Source: Takakia lepidozioides (taxonomy: Eukaryota; Plantae; Bryophyta). From it: a stretch of 64,000 nucleotides of DNA. A program made the position numbers and the translations under genes. The notes under the pieces are model-generated. The model had not been told where the DNA came from and made no database searches. It saw only the letters and a list, made by a program, of their open reading frames with translations. The stretch is taken from the NCBI GenBank assembly GCA_030704615.1, contig CM060732.1, positions 30,690,001 through 30,754,000 on the forward strand, read 5' to 3'. Each line of letters opens with the position of its first letter. Position 1 is the stretch's first letter. Below, one piece after another: positions 62,362-64,000 of the stretch.

Positions 62362-63369
62362 GTGCACACATACTTTCGGGAAATGTGTTTGAACCACGGG
62401 CACTCAGTGAGCTCCTTCCAGATTGGAAGGATCAAGGCGTATGTCCTCAGTCCATACTCATGAAAACTGGATGATGCAAGAGAGGTAGATGGCTTGGGGA
62501 GTGACTGTCTTCCGTTCATGATGTTATTCAGCTGGAAAATGGAGTGATTGCTGATGAGTGCTAATCAATTGAGACACATCCGTTCATGATAATTTGATAA
62601 TAGCAGATTATCGCTGATGAGGATTGGTTGAAGGATATCAATTGGATCTTTTGACACAGGCTCCACTGCGTGTGCCAGTTGTGGAAGACAAGTTTTGGAT
62701 GTTATTTGATAAACGTGCACTGCCACTCCCATCTCCCTTCAACAACAATAGTAACTTTGTTATTAGGTCAGCTTCTACTCTCCTACTCCGGCTTGAGTGC
62801 AATATTTTTGTTTTCTCCACATATTCAACTTTGTCGAAATTATGCTGCTACTTTCCTATGTAGAACAGGTATTGAAGTGTACAGAGAGACGGGGAAGAGA
62901 CAGTTGCATGCAGGAAACTAGCATACTAAAGTCTTCCACCATGATTCAGTGGGCCACCAAATCCCAGGAAGCTTGGTAAATCCTAAACCCTCGATTGGAA
63001 CAAACACTTGTGCTTAACCACAGAGACAAAGGCAAGGGGTATTATTCTATGTGAGAGCCAGGTATTTGGCAATGCTTGTTGAAGCCTTCCATAACCATGT
63101 GCTATGCTTTGAATAGCTTGAGTGAGCTGGTGCGGTGGCTAGGAGGGAAAGCAGAGAAACTTGGGGTTGAAATTTACCCAGGTTTTGCATCGAGTGAGGT
63201 AACCCCCTTTTCTTTTGTTCACCATTCTGTGGGTTATTGTATTGGCAGAATTGATTCGCACCAAATTAGAGGGGTCTCCGCACTGTTCATTTCCAAGAAG
63301 TTCTATTGTGGGATGGTAGGATAGCTGCAGGTGGAGCTGAATAAGGTGCTTATGCAGGTTTTGTACAAG
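62362..63369 (+). pseudogene. ETFQO: ETF-ubiquinone oxidoreductase gene fragment; exons 62362-62438, 62660-62766, 63117-63198 and the start of a 4th at 63358
   Basis: GAHILSGNVFEPRALSELLPDWK, APLRVPVVEDKFWML..LPSPF, SLSELVRWLGGKAEKLGVEIYPGFASSE|VLY, then similarity stops. The upstream FAD-binding exon (VGAGPAGL) was not found. Confidence 0.75.
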
Positions 63370-64000
63370 GGTGTTCCTCTTTTCGCTGTGTGTCAGGGAA
63401 TCTTGAACAATGTTGACTGGCGAGAGGAGGTATGTGAGCAGCCATCCCCCCGTCTCTTCCATCCTCTCCTTCAGGGCTCTCTCGTTCATAGTTTCTGGCT
63501 ACTCCACATGGCACTGCATTCTGGTTGTCTTCACTTGAAAGTCAACCTGGTCTTGGTTGTCAGTGATTTAGTCATCCAGTCGTCTCCAAGTGCTGTTCAG
63601 CTACTGAAGAGGGCTTTTCAAAAGAGAATGATCTAAGCAATCGAGTGGATATCAATGTTGTAGCAAGTAGAGTTAGTGACGTTGGTAAGCATCCACCACT
63701 TTTGGTTATTTTACTGTTTTTAGCTTTAGTTCACCATGAAGCTAATTAGCTTCCTCATTTTCTGCTATGGCATGTGGTGCAAGAGGTAAGGAGGACGAGT
63801 AAGGAGGGCCCACCTGCAACCAGGCCCCTTGGTCCATGGTAATCATTGATCATCATTCTTTTTCTTTTTTCTTTTTTTTTTCCTGTTTTCTTTGATGATA
63901 TACCAAGGGGCTGATAGCCCTTGCTCCACTATGGTAGATTTTACATTGGAGGGAGCACAAGCAAAGAGGGGCCCGCCAACCAGCCCACATTGATCATCAC

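Noticed and set aside
62545-62625. Hammerhead ribozyme or C/D snoRNA suggested by two CTGATGAG motifs in an ETF-QO intron
   Set aside because: No GAAA core with closing stems and no convincing terminal stem or guide sequence.

Overview
Eukaryotic nuclear DNA from a non-seed land plant (most likely a bryophyte). This is inferred from GT-AG introns, PLS-type PPR remnants, a Tcn1-like chromovirus, an algal-type PTOX and a hydrolase-NLR-like fragment. Apparently intact host genes: an intronless membrane-anchored DUF229/alkaline-phosphatase-superfamily protein (-), a 12-exon plastid terminal oxidase (PTOX, algal-type, +), a 3-exon plastid pyruvate dehydrogenase E1-alpha (+), and a small secreted 12-Cys protein resembling fungal effector/killer-toxin-like proteins (+). 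Broken genes: a bacterial-type TauD dioxygenase split by an insertion, a PPR pseudogene interrupted twice, and fragments of ETF-QO and an alpha/beta-hydrolase. Much of the window is mobile DNA: one very young intact Ty3/Gypsy chromovirus (near-identical LTRs, hairpin-dense 3' region), Tcn1-like, Copia, CACTA, Harbinger-MITE, hAT, Sola-like and SINE remnants, and an RLE-bearing (Dualen/RandI-like) LINE remnant. The most notable system is an RTEX-like LINE family with a conserved 3' stem-loop and (CT)n tail. It appears to insert into (CT)n repeats, including its own tails, giving head-to-tail stacks and a 38-nt micro-insertion with a perfect 15-bp TSD. Family assignments are from motif recognition only; no searches were run.
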